Shown: positions 36,039 to 50,400 of the stretch, in pieces
How the letters are laid out: each line of letters opens with the position of its first letter
Position numbering within the stretch: the first letter of the stretch is position 1
Origin: Anaeramoeba ignava BMAN
Lineage: Eukaryota; Protista; Anaeramoebae
Length of the DNA stretch: 64,000 nucleotides
NCBI GenBank assembly: GCA_028826165.1
Contig: JAPDFW010000022.1
Location: 1 to 64,000 of the forward strand
Reading direction: 5' to 3'
Notes under the pieces: generated by a model
Seen by the model: only the letters and a program-made list of their open reading frames with translations
Told to the model about the DNA's origin: nothing
Databases searched by the model: none
Made by a program: the position numbers and the translations under genes

Positions 36039-39000
36039 TCATTTCTCCTTTTCAGAACTAAAACTAATTTCAAAATTCTTTAAAAGATCAAGAAAAATAT
36101 CAAATGAAAAAGAAGAATTGAATTGGCCTTGATATTTCAATGGTGGATTCGATTCAAAATTGATTGCCAATTGAGAAGAGTGGCGAATCATAGTAAAACT
36201 AACTTTCTTTTTTTGGAATGTCAAAAACGAATCAATGCTTTGGAATATGACAATATTTGGAGAAAGAGAAAGAAACGCTGAACCAACAGGGAAAGAATTA
36301 TGATCAAGCATTGTGATTTGGAAATAAAATTTCTGGCGATCAATAGGACAACCTGAGCGGCTTAAATTGAGGACAAAATCATTGCAATCCTCTGCTGAAA
36401 GGAAAGTGCAAATATACAATTTGTTTGAAATCTCAATGCGTAATGTTGTGTTTGAGGATGTGTCGTGTGTATATCCAAGATCCTTGATTTCCTTTTCGAC
36501 AGAAGCATTCCAAACAAGCTTGATTTTGCCTGATTGAGTAATTTCCAAGTTTGCGGGATAGGTTCTTTTGTATGTATCATCAACAACATCGGCTATTGTG
36601 TTGTAGTTGGATTTTGGGGCAGATTGATCGCTGTTTTTTTCGGTGATGAGTTTGTAATAATCCAAAAACTGTTTGATTTCTCGAAGTGATTTAAATTGAA
36701 TCTGAACAGATGATTGGTTCTGTTTGATTCTGAGGAGATAAAGATCATCTTTTTTGGATTGAGTTAGCGAAGTGAATCCCGAATGGAAGGTCTGTTTCTG
36801 TTTCCCGAGATTAAGCTCGAGTTTTCCCTCGTTGATTGTCAATTCGCTTGTTAAAACACGAGAAGTGCCTCTGTAGAGCTTAATTGTGTAGCTTTTCATT
36901 ACTGGCTTATTATCAACGTTTGAGCGCTGATCATCTTCTTGATATTCGCTTTTTTTGGATTCGAATTGGTAACTGAACTGCTCTTGTTCTGATTGGGAGT
37001 GGAAAACGATATTCATTTGAATGCCGCTAATTATCATCTCGGATATTGGTTGTATTTTTGTTTGTTTGTAATGCGTTTCTTGTCCGAAAAGAACCTCGAT
37101 TTCAATATCTTTCTCAATCCCAATGAAAAGAGTAGATTTTCGGATAATCATAACGGCTTTTTTGGGGGATTCTTTTTCATGCCGGAAAATCTCCACATCG
37201 AACTTGTTGTGAATTTCTGTGACGCCATATTGGGGACTGAGCTGCTCTTGGGGCTGTTCGTCGAGTATAAATTTGTATGTGTCGTCTTGGAACAGCATCT
37301 TGTTAGTGGATTGACTGGGCGATTCCGAGAGAGAGTCTAAGAAGAACGGAGGAGATCCTGATCTTGTTTGCGAATTCGCAAAAGAGTTTGAATCAAATTC
37401 AATTTGGGAATCGGAGTCGTTTTTAAGTATCAATTGAGGCGGCGTGCGGAACGAGGATTGATCTGAGAAAATGTTCTTTGACTGAGTCAATCTCTGGAAA
37501 TTTTCGAAAAATGTCCATGATCGAGATTTGTCTTGGAATTTCACAAGAAAATTGTGTTCGGAAAAATAAATATATGCGAAGAGATCGAGAGTTTTATGGC
37601 GAATAACCTGGACGTTATCTGGCAATGAGACTGTGTAAGTCTTTTTTTTCAATGCGAATGAGAGCGAGAATTGAGTCGAAGTTAGCGTAATTGTTCCGTC
37701 GTCGATTTTTTGGAAGGGATTTTCGGAATAGTGCTCAACGGAAAAGGAAAAATCGATCGGGATGTTCAAAGATTTTTTTGGACCGATAACTTGTTGGAAG
37801 GAATCGGAACGTTTTTCCGACAATGAGGGAAACACATAATAAATTGGTTCGAGGATCTGGAGAAAATGTTCCGAGTCTTTTGTGTTTAAGAACTTAAAAT
37901 CAAGGAAATACTCGCTATTTTCGGCATAAAACATTCGCTGGTCTTGTTGAGCAAGATGAACGATTTTTGTTGGGGAAGAAAGAAGGAATTTGTAAACGTT
38001 TTGGACAACGTTTATGCGGAAGAAAAGCTTGCTTTCCGTCACGACGAGAAAAGCAACAAGCGACTGGTTATTGCGGATCGCTCTTAGACGGAACAATGCC
38101 AGGAAATGTTCTTTTTCGTTGCAGAACAACTCGAGATAATCGCAAAGTGATTTGAATATGTCAGCCTCTTTTTTTTCCTCAATATTAATATGGACAGTCG
38201 GTTCCAAATGGTGTTTCTCTCCAATAAACTCTATTTTGTATTTCGAAGTATCCGTTTCGTAGGAAAGCTTGATTTCGCTCCATTTGTAAGAAGATTCAGA
38301 CCCATCTTTTTTGTGAAAAATAATGTGAGTTGGTGATAAATCAAAATATTTCTCGAAATGAGACCCTAGTTGCGACACTGTTGCATCAAACCGCAAGCGC
38401 AAGAACGGATCAAGAGGAGGGCGTAAATCCTCCTCTTCTTTTTCTGTTTTGTATGGGGTTAATAGTCGCCTTTTTTCTTCGTGAAATAGATTCAAATTCA
38501 TCTCGAGTTCTTCCAGAAATTCCGCGCGCATCTTGCTTTCGCGAAAAGATACAATAAACTCAAGGTTATCCTTGTCGATTCTGATCAACAACCCATTTGG
38601 ACAAAATTCCACAATTGTGGTTGTTACTTTGTCTACTTCTGCGAATGAGATTGTTTCCGATTGAACAATAAAAAGTTGAAAATTTTTGATTTTAAGCTTT
38701 CCAAACAAAATTTGAGCTCCTGAATGCGAATAAAACGACACAGGATAGTATCCCGACTCCAGCTTTTCTTTGTCCTCAATCTTTTCGGAGATACTCTTTT
38801 TGGTCGCGAAGAATACTAAATGCAAGATCCCTTTCGGAAGCGGATCTGAAGCGGATTGCATATTTTTTCTTGTCTTTTTTTTGGAATATCAATTTGCTCT
38901 TTGATTTCTCAAGAATTGCCTTCTGGGAAGATAGGGTCTCCATGGAGTAGCAGACCAGAAGACGCTTTGTGAGGATGACGAAGTATCTGGACGTGAGAAT

Positions 39001-41157
39001 AAGATTTGCATTAAGCTTTCCAACTTTGGTTTTTTGGATCACAACTTTGAACCGTGTGAACAGCGGCTCAAAAACGCCTCTGCCAAGAAACCTCATTCTG
39101 CGCATGCGGAAATGGCTGATAAATTGCTTGCTCAAAGTCTTGTTGGGGAAGAGGAGGATCAGATAGCGAACTGAATCCAAATCAAGGATGACAGTCGTTC
39201 CGTTTTTTGATTTGACGCGATTAAAGATCAAGTAGTCGCTTGAAAACCTCCCCATTTGGGAATATATCACGAAGTAGGTGTGATCGAGATAGATGCGGGA
39301 ATTAACTTTGCCAGTGGGAGAGAGTATTGTGCAGTCGAAGATCTTGGTTTGATATGGAGACAAGCCCGGATTACTTGCGATAGCATTTGCAGATTTTTGA
39401 GCGAAATCAGTTGCAAACATTTCGGCTTCGCGCCGTTTCAGAAACACAATGTTGACCAGCAGAACCTCGTCGAGATAAAGCGTGCAGAAACGAGGCTCGC
39501 AATGGTTCAAATACGCTCTGCAATATGGATTGTAAGAAAACGAGACTGGTAGATCAATTTCAACGGTAAAGAAATCCTTCGCTAATAAAACACTAATTTT
39601 TCCTGCAAAACTATAGAACGAATCAATCAGATTCGCGTGATATCTACTCTGCGTCGCGTTTTTACTCCCGCCCGTTATTTCTTGATAGATGCTCGTGTTT
39701 TCGTTGCTTTCAACAAAGAATCGTGAAATGTAAATCTCGTTTTTGTTGCTGAATTCTTTACTGAGAACTTCCAACTTGTCGGGATCCGCCCATCTTGAAT
39801 ACTGGGATACTTCCGAGATGATTGGCAGTCCGCGATTTTGGATCGAGAATTTTTTCTCTCCGGAAAGATCCGAAAGCGAGGAAAACACTGTGAAAATATT
39901 GAAAATTTCATCTCGCGATTGGACATCTTCCGATATGAATACAAATGTGCGAAACGACGCGCTAATAAGAGAAAACAGACAAGAATTTTCCGAATGGAGA
40001 AACATTTGCAATCCCGATTGGAAAAGAAGCTCCAGAAAAACCCTTTTTTGCGAGTCAATAAGCTGCACACCGTTGGCGGTTATTTTCATATGTGAATCAG
40101 GGAACATCGGCGTTTTCACATAGAAAATCGCCTCCCCTGTTCGCATCCATTTGGAAATTTCCTTCTTCATTTCCCAGTCATATTCGTTCTCATATTTAAC
40201 CGCTATTGACGTGAATATTTGGGGATACAACTGTCGCCGTTGTATTGATGTCGGTCTTCCGTCTTGTTCGTTGAAATACGTCACAAAAGGCACCTTCAGT
40301 TGGGAAACAATCGATTCCACAAACGCTCGTGTTTCTTCTTCTCTTGTTTGCATCATTTTGATTTCTGCTTGGATTATTTCCGCGTCGTTTTGGAATTCAA
40401 GACCATATTCCGTTATTTTCTGCTTCATCTGTTTTTCCGATTTCGCAAATGATTCAGAGAAATTCTCCGCAAAAATCACAACGCATCTCGCAAGCAGAAG
40501 CGCATTTTCCTGCGAGAGCATTTGAAGAACAATCGCTGATTCTTGTTTTTCCTCCTTTTCTCTTGAAATTAATATTTCCACTTGATTTTTGCTATTGATC
40601 CTCGTTTTGAATGAGCGGTTTTCCCACGAAAACTGTTGTAAATCACCGTTTTCTCGCTCCAAAACAAAGTCTTTATTCCCTAATCGTATCATTACTGCTT
40701 CCGTTTTTTTTGCAATTAAATCTCCAATAAAAGTTGTTTCTTGTTTTTGGAGAATTTTTTTCGAAATCAATGTAATCTCCTTTTTTTTGCCCAGAATATT
40801 CCCATCAATATTACAATTCCCGCTAATATCGTCTCTGTAGGTTTGGAACATTTGGAATGTTTTGCAGATGACCATCCGTTCCATTTCTGATGAAGCTTTC
40901 AAATTGAACGAAAACTTGACACAATTAATTTTGAAAAGCGTTAAATCTATTGAACTTAATAAAATCTTGAGTTTGTTTGTTTTTTGGTATTTTTTTGTGT
41001 AGTTGAAATTGTTGATTAAAGATATTTGAAAATTTGATGAAGTAAGTCTCAATGTTCCTTTAGTTTGTGTGTCATTTTGGTTAATTGCCACAATAGTAAA
41101 TGAAGCTGATTCACTCAAGAAATTCTTTTGTGTTTGTTCATGAATTTTTTCATTCAT
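36039..41157 (-). CDS. ~1700-aa intronless protein with tandem PH-like modules (two ORFs joined by one frameshift near 38780)
   Basis: Removing one A in 'ctccgaaaagattgag' fuses ...QKEYLRK to IEDKEKLESG. Recurrent beta-strand runs end in F-x-[S/N/D]-x2-[E/D]-x3-F helices. Confidence 0.7.
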
Positions 41158-41835
41158 CAATGATTCTTCTGATTTTAATTCTTTTTATTTTATTTTATTT
41201 ATATTTTAATATTTCATTTATATATAAATAATATATATATTTTTACCAAATTTTGATTCATTTCTTTCAACTTGATTACTATTATTTATGATTAAAGAAT
41301 TCTCATATTCATTTCGTAATTGAAAAATTAAATTTATTAACAAATCTCTGTTTTCTTTTCCAATTAATTTCTTTGCTTCAATTTTTCGATTCTTTGTTCT
41401 AAAATACCGAGTTAAATATGTGTAATTCTTAATTGGATCACTAAACCAAAAATTGTGAATTTGATTTGTTTTTAAAATTATTAAATAAATTCAAAACTAA
41501 AAAAAAAAAATTTTATTTGTTTTTTACGAATATTCTCGATTTTCTAAATCAATATATTTAATTTCTTTCAAAAGTTTAACAACATTTTGGCTAAAAATTT
41601 GGTCAGTATCAAAATATGAAACTTGTTTTTTAATTATTTTTGACATCCAAACTAAACAAGAATTATATTGATTTTTTTGAGTCATTTTATTATTATTTTT
41701 TTAAAAAAGAAAAGAAAAAAATGAAAAAAAAAATGAAAAAAAAAAATGGAAAAAATGGAAAAAAATCAATCAAGAAAATAAACAAGCTTTACTCAGAAAA
41801 CTTTGCTCAAATTCTTTTTTTGCAAATGAAAATCT

Positions 41836-42996
41836 TCATTTGTCCAATTCAGAAAAGTATTCAATAAGCCTATTTGCTCCTTCAAGTAAAATATCAACAT
41901 TACATCTTCCAAAAGAAAACCTGAACCAACTTTTCCAAGCTTTTCCAAAAGCAGCTCCAGAAACGATGCACACATGTTTCTTTTCAAGAATATTAAAAAC
42001 CTCTTGATCAGCAGAAACATCCATATTTTTAGGACGAAACCAAATAAACAAAGCACCACCACTTGGGAATATTTCAAAAAGTCCACTTTTTTCCAAACGA
42101 TCCAAAACTTTTTCGCGTCGATCCTTCAAAATAGGCAAGTAATCATACGTGAATTTCGGGTTTTTCTGCAAGATTTTCAATGCAACACGCTGAGAAAAAT
42201 GGCAAGCACAAATCACAGACATATCTTGAACCTTGATTACTTGATCAATGAATTTTAACGGCATTCTGAGCCAGCCAACCCGATACCCCATCATTCCATA
42301 AAGCTTGGAAAAACTCCCTAGATTGATAGCCAAGTCTCCCATCCCCTCAAGCGTATGTGCAAAAGGTATTTTGTCTGCCAAACCATCTTCATACACAAAA
42401 TCCTTATAAACTTCATCCATTAATAAGAATATCTGATTCTTCACACACACCTTAGCTATCTTCTCTAGCTCGGCCTTCCCGAAAACCTTCCCGCTTGGGT
42501 TGCACGGTGAGACAAGAACAATCGCTTTTAATTTTTTCTCTTCTGTAATTTTTTCAAGTTGATCCAAATCATATTCATATGAGTCATTCGGTTCAATCTC
42601 AACACACTCCAAGCGTAACGAGCTCAAAACCATCTGGTGATTGAAATAATAAGGCGAAAATATCCCAATTGCATCTCCGGGATTGAACAAAGTAGTGGCA
42701 GCTAATAAAAAGGCAAAATTTGCTCCAGAAGTGATTACGATTTCCTCAGTCTTACAAGGTGGTCCAAGACGCTTTGCAACTTCACTGCGCAGAGAAAATA
42801 AGCCGGGATCTGGCGTGTAATCAAAGAGTCCGGGCTCCTTTGCAACTTCTTGCAATATTTCTTCAGGTGGTGAAAAATCAACTATTCCTTGTCCAAGATT
42901 AATTATATCAATTCCTGTTGCCTCTAGCTCTTTTCTGCGCTTGTTAATAGCATCTATTGGTGGTATTATTACTTGGTTCTTGATTACTTCAGACAT
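41836..42996 (-). CDS. PLP-dependent class I/II aminotransferase (ISS1/VAS1-like or bacterial AspC-like subfamily), intronless
   Basis: NLGQG, ITSGAN, PYYFNHQM, PCNPSG, DEVY, SFSKLYGMMGYRVG (PLP Lys), QD...ICA, GAAFG...FRFSFG. Confidence 0.92.
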   Translation of the reverse strand: MSEVIKNQVIIPPIDAINKRRKELEATGIDIINLGQGIVDFSPPEEILQEVAKEPGLFDYTPDPGLFSLRSEVAKRLGPPCKTEEIVITSGANFAFLLAATTLFNPGDAIGIFSPYYFNHQMVLSSLRLECVEIEPNDSYEYDLDQLEKITEEKKLKAIVLVSPCNPSGKVFGKAELEKIAKVCVKNQIFLLMDEVYKDFVYEDGLADKIPFAHTLEGMGDLAINLGSFSKLYGMMGYRVGWLRMPLKFIDQVIKVQDMSVICACHFSQRVALKILQKNPKFTYDYLPILKDRREKVLDRLEKSGLFEIFPSGGALFIWFRPKNMDVSADQEVFNILEKKHVCIVSGAAFGKAWKSWFRFSFGRCNVDILLEGANRLIEYFSELDK

Positions 42997-43085
42997 TTTA
43001 TTTGAATGAAACAGAAAATGAAGATCTAAAATTTTTCATTTTTTTTTTTTACAAAATTTTAAATTAAAAAAAAATAATAAAAATA

Positions 43086-45265
43086 ATGGATGAAATTTAT
43101 GCAAATGTTTTATATGAATATTCTCCTCAAGCAAAAGATGAATTACCACTTCGTGTTGGTGAAGTTATTCGTGTTGTTTCACAGGATCCTTCTGGATGGT
43201 GGGAGGGTGAATCTAATGGGTTAGTTGGTTTATTTCCAAGTACTTATGTTATGATTATATCAAATGATATAAATAATGAAAATCAAGATCCTCAAGAATT
43301 AAATATTACCAACGAGCAAGAAGTCACAAAAGAATCAAATGAGCAAATTAAAGAAGATCATTTGGATCCAAATATAAATGCAAATCAAGATTTACAAATT
43401 GAAATTAATCAAAAAATTGATCATGTTCTTGAAAAGAAGTATCTTATTGAAGTATCAAATTCAAAAAAAAATAGTTAGATTTCTCAGTTGTTTTTTCAAT
43501 TCAAATTCCAATATTTTATTTCTTTTTTAATTTTTCGTTTAGAATTCATGCTGGAAAGAGACTCCAATTGAAGCAAATGTAGATATTGGGGAGTCTACAA
43601 AGATATTGAAATATAAAGGAATGAAAAAATTTATTGTTTATGAAATTAAATTTAAAGTAGGAAGCAATTCATTTTAATTCAAATCAATTCAATTTAATTT
43701 CAAATTCAATTTTAAATTCAATTTAATTTCATTTCAATTCAAAATTCAAATCAATTCAATTTCAAAATTCAATTTCAATTCAATTTAATTTCAAAATTCA
43801 AATCAATTCAATTCAAATCAATTTAATTTAATTTCAAAATTCAAATCAATTCAATTTAATTCAAATTCAATTTAATTCCAATTCAATTTAATTCAAATTC
43901 AATTTAATTCCAATTCAATTTAATTCAAATTCAAATTAATTTCATTTAATTTCAAAATTCAATTTAATTTCAAAATTCAATTTAATTCAAAAATTTAATT
44001 TCAATTCAATTCAATTCAATTCAAAATTCAATTTAATTTAAATTCAATTCAATTTAATTTAATTTAATTTCAATTTAATTTAATTTAATTTCAATTTAAT
44101 TTAAAAATCCAAATTCAATTCAAAATTCAATTCAATTCAAAATTTAAATTAATTTAATTTCAATTCAATTCAATTCAAAATTCAAATTCAATTTTAAATT
44201 CAATTCAAAATTCAAATCAATTCAATTCAAAATTTAATTTCATTTTAAAAATCTTTAAAGAATTATTGTGTTCAGCGAAGATATAAACATTTCCTTTGGC
44301 TTAGAGACCATCTCCATGAATATTATACAGATATCCTCATCCCACCTCTTCCAGAAAAACAAATAAGTGGAAGATTTCATGAGGAATTTATTGGAAAAAG
44401 AAAAAAAGGATTACAATTTTTTCTTCAAAAAATAATGGAACATCCTGTTTTAAGAACATCTTGGATTTTAGAACATTTTTTATCATCAGAAAACGCAAAA
44501 GATTGGAAAAATGGAAAGAAAATGATTCAAAATCAACTTAAATCGCACAAAACTTTTTTAGAATGTGTTGAAATTTCGCAAATTAATCCAGAAAAAATTT
44601 ATCATAATTTTGTTGAAAATCATAATTTTAAAGAAGAAATTCAACTCACTCAACAAAATATGAAAAATTTACACACAAATACAGTCGAATTATTTATACA
44701 GAAATTATCCGATTTATCCAAATCTTATTCTCAACTTGGAACTGCTTTTGTTGCACTCTCTGAAAATGAGGGTCATGGATTGAGTTGGAAAATTGAGGAT
44801 TATTTATCACAAAACATTGAGAAAATTTCCAAATTAATCGGAGAAACTTTCACAAAAGCATCACCTTTTTTGGTTAGTTCTTATTCAAAAATCAATGGTA
44901 TTCTCGAAATTATTGCTGGATATCAACGTTTTTATTCCTCAATTCAAGATAATATCAAAATCACTGATAGTATTATTCGTCATTATAAATTCCCTCAACA
45001 AAAAAAACATTCAACTAAACGTGATAATTCTGATACTCATGAATTGAATCATGATGAGCAACGCGAGATTTTTCAATCCGATATGTTTATGAATAAGGAT
45101 TTGATTGTTTGTGATTCTGAATTGGAACAATTTCATCATAATAGATTGATTGATTTTTCAAAAATTTTAGAAGAATTTTTAAAAATTCAACTTGAATTCC
45201 ATGAAAAAATGACAGAATTTTGGGAAAATACTTTATTAGCTATTAACCAAAATATTATCAATTAG
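43086..45265 (+). CDS. SH3-PX-BAR sorting nexin (SNX9/18/33-like), 3 exons
   Basis: SH3 ANVLYEY...DELPL...GWWEGE...GLFPSTYV; PX VQRRYKHFLWLR...IPPLPEKQ..GRF.EEFI..R; BAR-like helical tail; introns ~43452-43542 and ~43657-44260. Confidence 0.9.
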
Positions 45266-45393
45266 AAACATTGATTTAATTTGATTTTTATTTTAATTTT
45301 AATTTTTATTTTTATTTTAATTTTTATTTTTTTTGGAGAATAAACGTTTTTTTCATTTTTCATTTTTTCATTTTTATTTTTATTATTTTTTAA

Positions 45394-47141
45394 ATGGGAA
45401 ATAAACAAATAAAAACAATTAATAAATCACTTAATTCAAACGAAAAAAATAAAGAAAATGAAGCAAATGATAATTTTGAATTCTTTACTGATATGCCTGA
45501 TGATGTTTGTTGTTATTAATTTTTAATTTTTTAATTTTTAATTTTAATTTTATTTTTTTAAAGTTAATAATTTGGATTTTTCAATTTATTGATCATTCTC
45601 GTCTTTTAGACTGTGCAGTATGTTGTTCTCGCTTTTATGATCTTGCTTTAGATCCGTAAGAAACAAATTTTAAATTTTAAATTTATAAATGAATTTTAAA
45701 TTTAATTTTGATTTTAATTTTAATTTTAATTTTGATTTTAATTTTAATTTTAATTTTATAAATGAATTTTAATTTTAATTTTAATTTTAATTTTAATTTT
45801 AATTTTAATTTTAATTTTAATTTTAATTTTAATTTTGATTTTAATTTTAATTTTATAAATGAATTTTAATTTTAATTTTGATTTTAATTTTAAATTTAAT
45901 TTTAATTTTAATTTTAATTTTAATTTTATAAATGAATTTTAATTTTATAAATGAATTTTAATTTTATAAATGGATTTTAATTTAGTATGCTTTGGAAAGA
46001 AACTTCAATATCTGTTGGGAAAAATATTAATCAAAATACAATAATTTCACTTGCCAAAAAAATACCACATTTAAGAGGAATAAGAATCAAAAAATGTTCT
46101 ATTCAAAACACAATAGAATTTTTTCAAGCAATTAAAAAAAATCTTCCCAACATTAATAACATTGAACTAAACAGCATTACGGATCAACAAGACAGAGATG
46201 TAGCAAAGTACATGAGTGAACTTGACAAACTGATATCTGTATCAATTATTGGGAATAAAATATCAATATTTGCAGATGAATTTTCAATGATTCCACAACT
46301 TGAATCACTGAACCTTTTAAGCAATAATTTGAATGCATTTCCTACTAAAGTATTCCCATTGCTCAGAATACTCAAGCTTGATATCAACCACTTTGTCCAA
46401 ATACCAGAACAAATCGACCAGATTTTCCCGAATATTGAACATTTATTTATGAATTACAATAGCATAGTTTCAATTCCTGATTCAATCCAAAATTTATCTA
46501 AACTTCGAACTCTCGAAATTCGATCAAATAAAATTTCTGGTTTACCTCTTTCTTTTGCAAATCTCTCCGATCTTCGAGTTTTTAATGCAGGTTCTAATCC
46601 TTTTCGTGAGTTTCCAAAAATATTATGTTCATTGCGTCAACTGCAAGTGATTTCATTGAATAATTGCGGATTGAGAGAAATTCCACCAGAAATTTCAGAA
46701 CTTCGAGAATTATTAACATTGAATTTAGCAAATAATTATTTGAAAGAATTCCCAATTGAGTTATGCAGTTTGGGAAAGTTATCATTGCTTGATTTGAGAA
46801 TTAACAAAATTGATTCAATTCCGTTAGAAATTCGAAACATGACATCTCTTCAAGAATTGATTATTTTTGGAAATTCTCTCATTTCTCTTCCTTTTAGTAT
46901 TTCAGAACTCCATTTATACCGCTTACTTCTTCAAGGAAACTCCATTCTTAATTTACCAGATGAATTTGGTAATCCTCCTCTTGGTGATACTTTGATTGAA
47001 CTTGATATAAGAGAAAATCCTATTCAAGTTTTGAATCCTTCTTTTTTAAAATTTAGAAAATTGGTTCGTCTTTTAATCAAAAAAGGAATTGAAGTTCCAA
47101 AAGAAATTGTGGAAAATTTAACAACTTTCAAAACTGATTAA
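45394..47141 (+). CDS. F-box + leucine-rich-repeat protein, possible N-myristoylation (MGNKQ), 3 exons
   Basis: F-box TDMPDDLIIWIFQFI...CAVCCSRFYDLALDPMLW across two introns; ten or more LRRs of the LxxLxLxxNxLxxLP type. Confidence 0.88.
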
Positions 47142-47404
47142 TTAACAATTAATTAATTAATTGATTGATTGATTAATTTTGTTTTTATTTTTATTGTTTA
47201 TTTTTTTTTTTCAATTAAAAATTAAAACAAAACAAAACAAAACAAAACAAAACAAAACAAAATAAAACAAAAAGATTATTATTATTAGATTATGTCATAA
47301 ATACGTCATTTGTTTTTCATTTGTTTGTCATTTGTTTTTCATTTTTTTCATTTTTCATTTTTCATTTTTCATTTTTTTCATTTTTCATTAAAAAAATAAA
47401 AAGA

Positions 47405-50400
47405 ATGGAGAAAAAAAACTTTATAGAAATTGATGGTTCAATTTTAGAAGTTAATAATTGATATAAAAAAAGAATTAATTCATTTTCCCTTTTTTCTTTA
47501 AGTTAAATTAAATTTTCTTTCTTATTTTTCTTTTTAATAAAGGGAGGTGGACAAATAATTAGAATTTCAATTCCTTGTTCAATTATTCTTCAATATGGAA
47601 AGATTGTTATAAAAAATATTAGAGGAAATAGACCAAAACCTGGATTAAAAAGACAGCATTTATCTGGAGTTCAACTTGTCAATACAATTTGTGAAGGAAC
47701 ATTAAAAGGAGATAAGGTTAGTTTTCTTTATATTTTTTTAAATAATTTAATTCAAAAATTTTTTTAATTTAAAAATAATTAAAAATTAGCTTGATTCTTC
47801 TCGTTTGGAATTAATCCCTTCAAAAATTCAAGGAGGATCTTTTAAATGTGATGTGAAAACTGCTGGGTATTATTTATATTTATATTTATATTTATATCAA
47901 AATAAACGAGACTCAATTTCAAATTATTTAAAGCAAAGTTCAAAAAAGAATTTAAAACAAATTTAAAACAAATTTAAAACAAATTTAAAACAAATTTAAA
48001 ACAAATTTAAAACAAATTTAAAACAAATTTAAAATAAATTTAAAACAAATTTAAAAAATGGAATTCTAAATTAATTAAAACAAATTAAAAAAATGGAATT
48101 CTAAATTATTTAAAACAAATTTAAAAAATGGAATTCTAAATTAATTAAAATAAATTTAAAAAAAGAATTCTAAATTATTTAAAACAAATTTAAAAAAAGA
48201 ATTCTAAATTAATTAAAATTAATTTAAAAAATGAAATTCCAAATTAATTAAAACAAATTTAAAAATGGAATTCTAAATTATTTAAAACAAATTTAAAAAT
48301 GGAATTCTAAATTATTTAAAACAAATTTAAAACAAATTTAAAAAAAGAATTCCAAAAAGAGAATTCCAAAAAAAGAATTCCAAAAAAAAGAATTCTAAAT
48401 TATTTAAAACAAATTTAAAAAATGAAATTCTAAATTAATTAAAATTAATTTAAAAAATGGAATTCTAAATTAATTTAAAACAAATTTAAAAAAAGAATTC
48501 TAAATTAATTAAAACAAATTTAAAAAAAGAATTCTAAATTAATTAAAATTAATTTAAAAAATGGAATTCTAAATTAATTAAAATTAATTTAAAAAATGGA
48601 ATTCTAAATTAATTAAAACAAATTTAAAAAAAGAATTCTAAATTAATTAAAACAAATTTAAAAAATGGAATTCTAAATTATTTAAAACAAATTTAAAACA
48701 AATTTAAAAAAAGAATTCCAAAAAAAAGAATTCCAAAAAAAGAATTCCAAAAAAAAGAATTCTAAATTATTTAAAACAAATTAAAAAAATGAAATTCTAA
48801 ATTAATTAAAATAAATTTAAAAAATGGAATTCCAAATTATTTAAAACAAATTTAAAAAAAGAATTCTAAATTAATTAAAACAAATTTAAAAAATGAAAAT
48901 TCCAAATTATTTAAAACAAATTTAAAAAATGAAAATTCCAAATTACTTAAAACAAATTTAAAAAATGAAATTCTAAATTAATTAAAACAAATTTAAAAAA
49001 TGGAATTCTAAATTAATTAAAACAAATTTAAAAAATGGAATTCTAAATTATTTAAAACAAACTTAAAAATGAAATTCTAAATTATTTAAAACAAATTTAA
49101 AAAATGGAATTCTAAATTATTTAAAACAAATTTAAAAAATGGAATTCTAAATTATTTAAAAAAAAACAATAACTAAATAACCAGGAGCGTTACACTTTTA
49201 ACTCAAATTGCAATACCAGTTATAATATTTTCACCATCACCTATCGATTTAGAATTATCAGGAGGAACAAATGTACCACTTTCACCACAAATTGATGAAA
49301 TCATATATTGTTTAGTTCCTTATCTTTCCGCATTTGGAATTGATATAGAAGTTGTATTAAAAAGAAGAGGTTTTTATCCAAAAGGAAATGGAATTGTTGA
49401 AGTTCATTCACAACCAATTCCAAAAGGAGGATGTTTAAAAGCAATAAATTTTACAGAATTTGGAGAACTTTCCAAATTTACAGGAGTTGTTTATTCAACA
49501 CCTACAATTCCTCAACATGTTAATAAAAGAATAAAAGAACAAGCAGAAAAGCTTTTAGTTGAAAAATTTGGTAAAAAAATTCCTATTAAAATTGACCAAC
49601 GTTATGAAGGAAAACAATCTTCTTTTGGTCAAGGAACTGGAATTGCTTTATTTGCTCATTCAAATACTGGTTGTATTTTGGGAAGTTCTGCTCTTGGTGA
49701 ACGTAAAGTTTCATCAGAAGAAGTCGCAAGAAGAGCTTTTCAACCATTAGTAGAAGATATTGAGTCAAATGCTTGTGTTGATCGACATACACAAGATCAA
49801 GTGAATTTCAAATTTTAATTTTAATTCATTTTAATTTAAATTTAATTTCAATTCAAATTCAATTTAATTTAATTTAATTTAATTTCAAATTTAATTCAAT
49901 TTAATTTCAAATTTCAATTTTAATTTCAATTTAATTCAATTTTCATTCAATTTAATTTAATTTTAATTTATTTCAATTCATTTTAATTCATTTTAATTCA
50001 ATTCAATTCAATTTAATTTAATTAAATTTCAATTCAAATTTAATTCAAATCTAATTCAATTTTAATTTATTTCAAATCTAATTCAATTTTAATTCAAATC
50101 TAATTCAATTTTAATTTATTTCAATTCAATTTAAATTTAATTCAATTCAATTTAATTTTAATTCTAATTCAATTTTAATTTATTTTAATTCAATTTTAAC
50201 TTTAATTCAATTTCAATTTCAATTCAATTTAATTTAATTCAATTCAATTTTAAATTTAATTTAATTTCAATTTAATTTCAATTTAATTTCAATTTAATTC
50301 TATTTTAATTTTAATTTTAATTTTAATTTATTTCTTAGTTGATAATCTTTATGGCATTAGCTGAAGGAATTTCAAAATTTAGAACTTGTGAATTAAGTCT

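Noticed and set aside
36039-43000. Higher-GC block as an inserted virus, mobile element or contaminant
   Set aside because: No capsid, integrase, polymerase or terminal repeats; GC tapers smoothly toward gene ends, as in other long exons here
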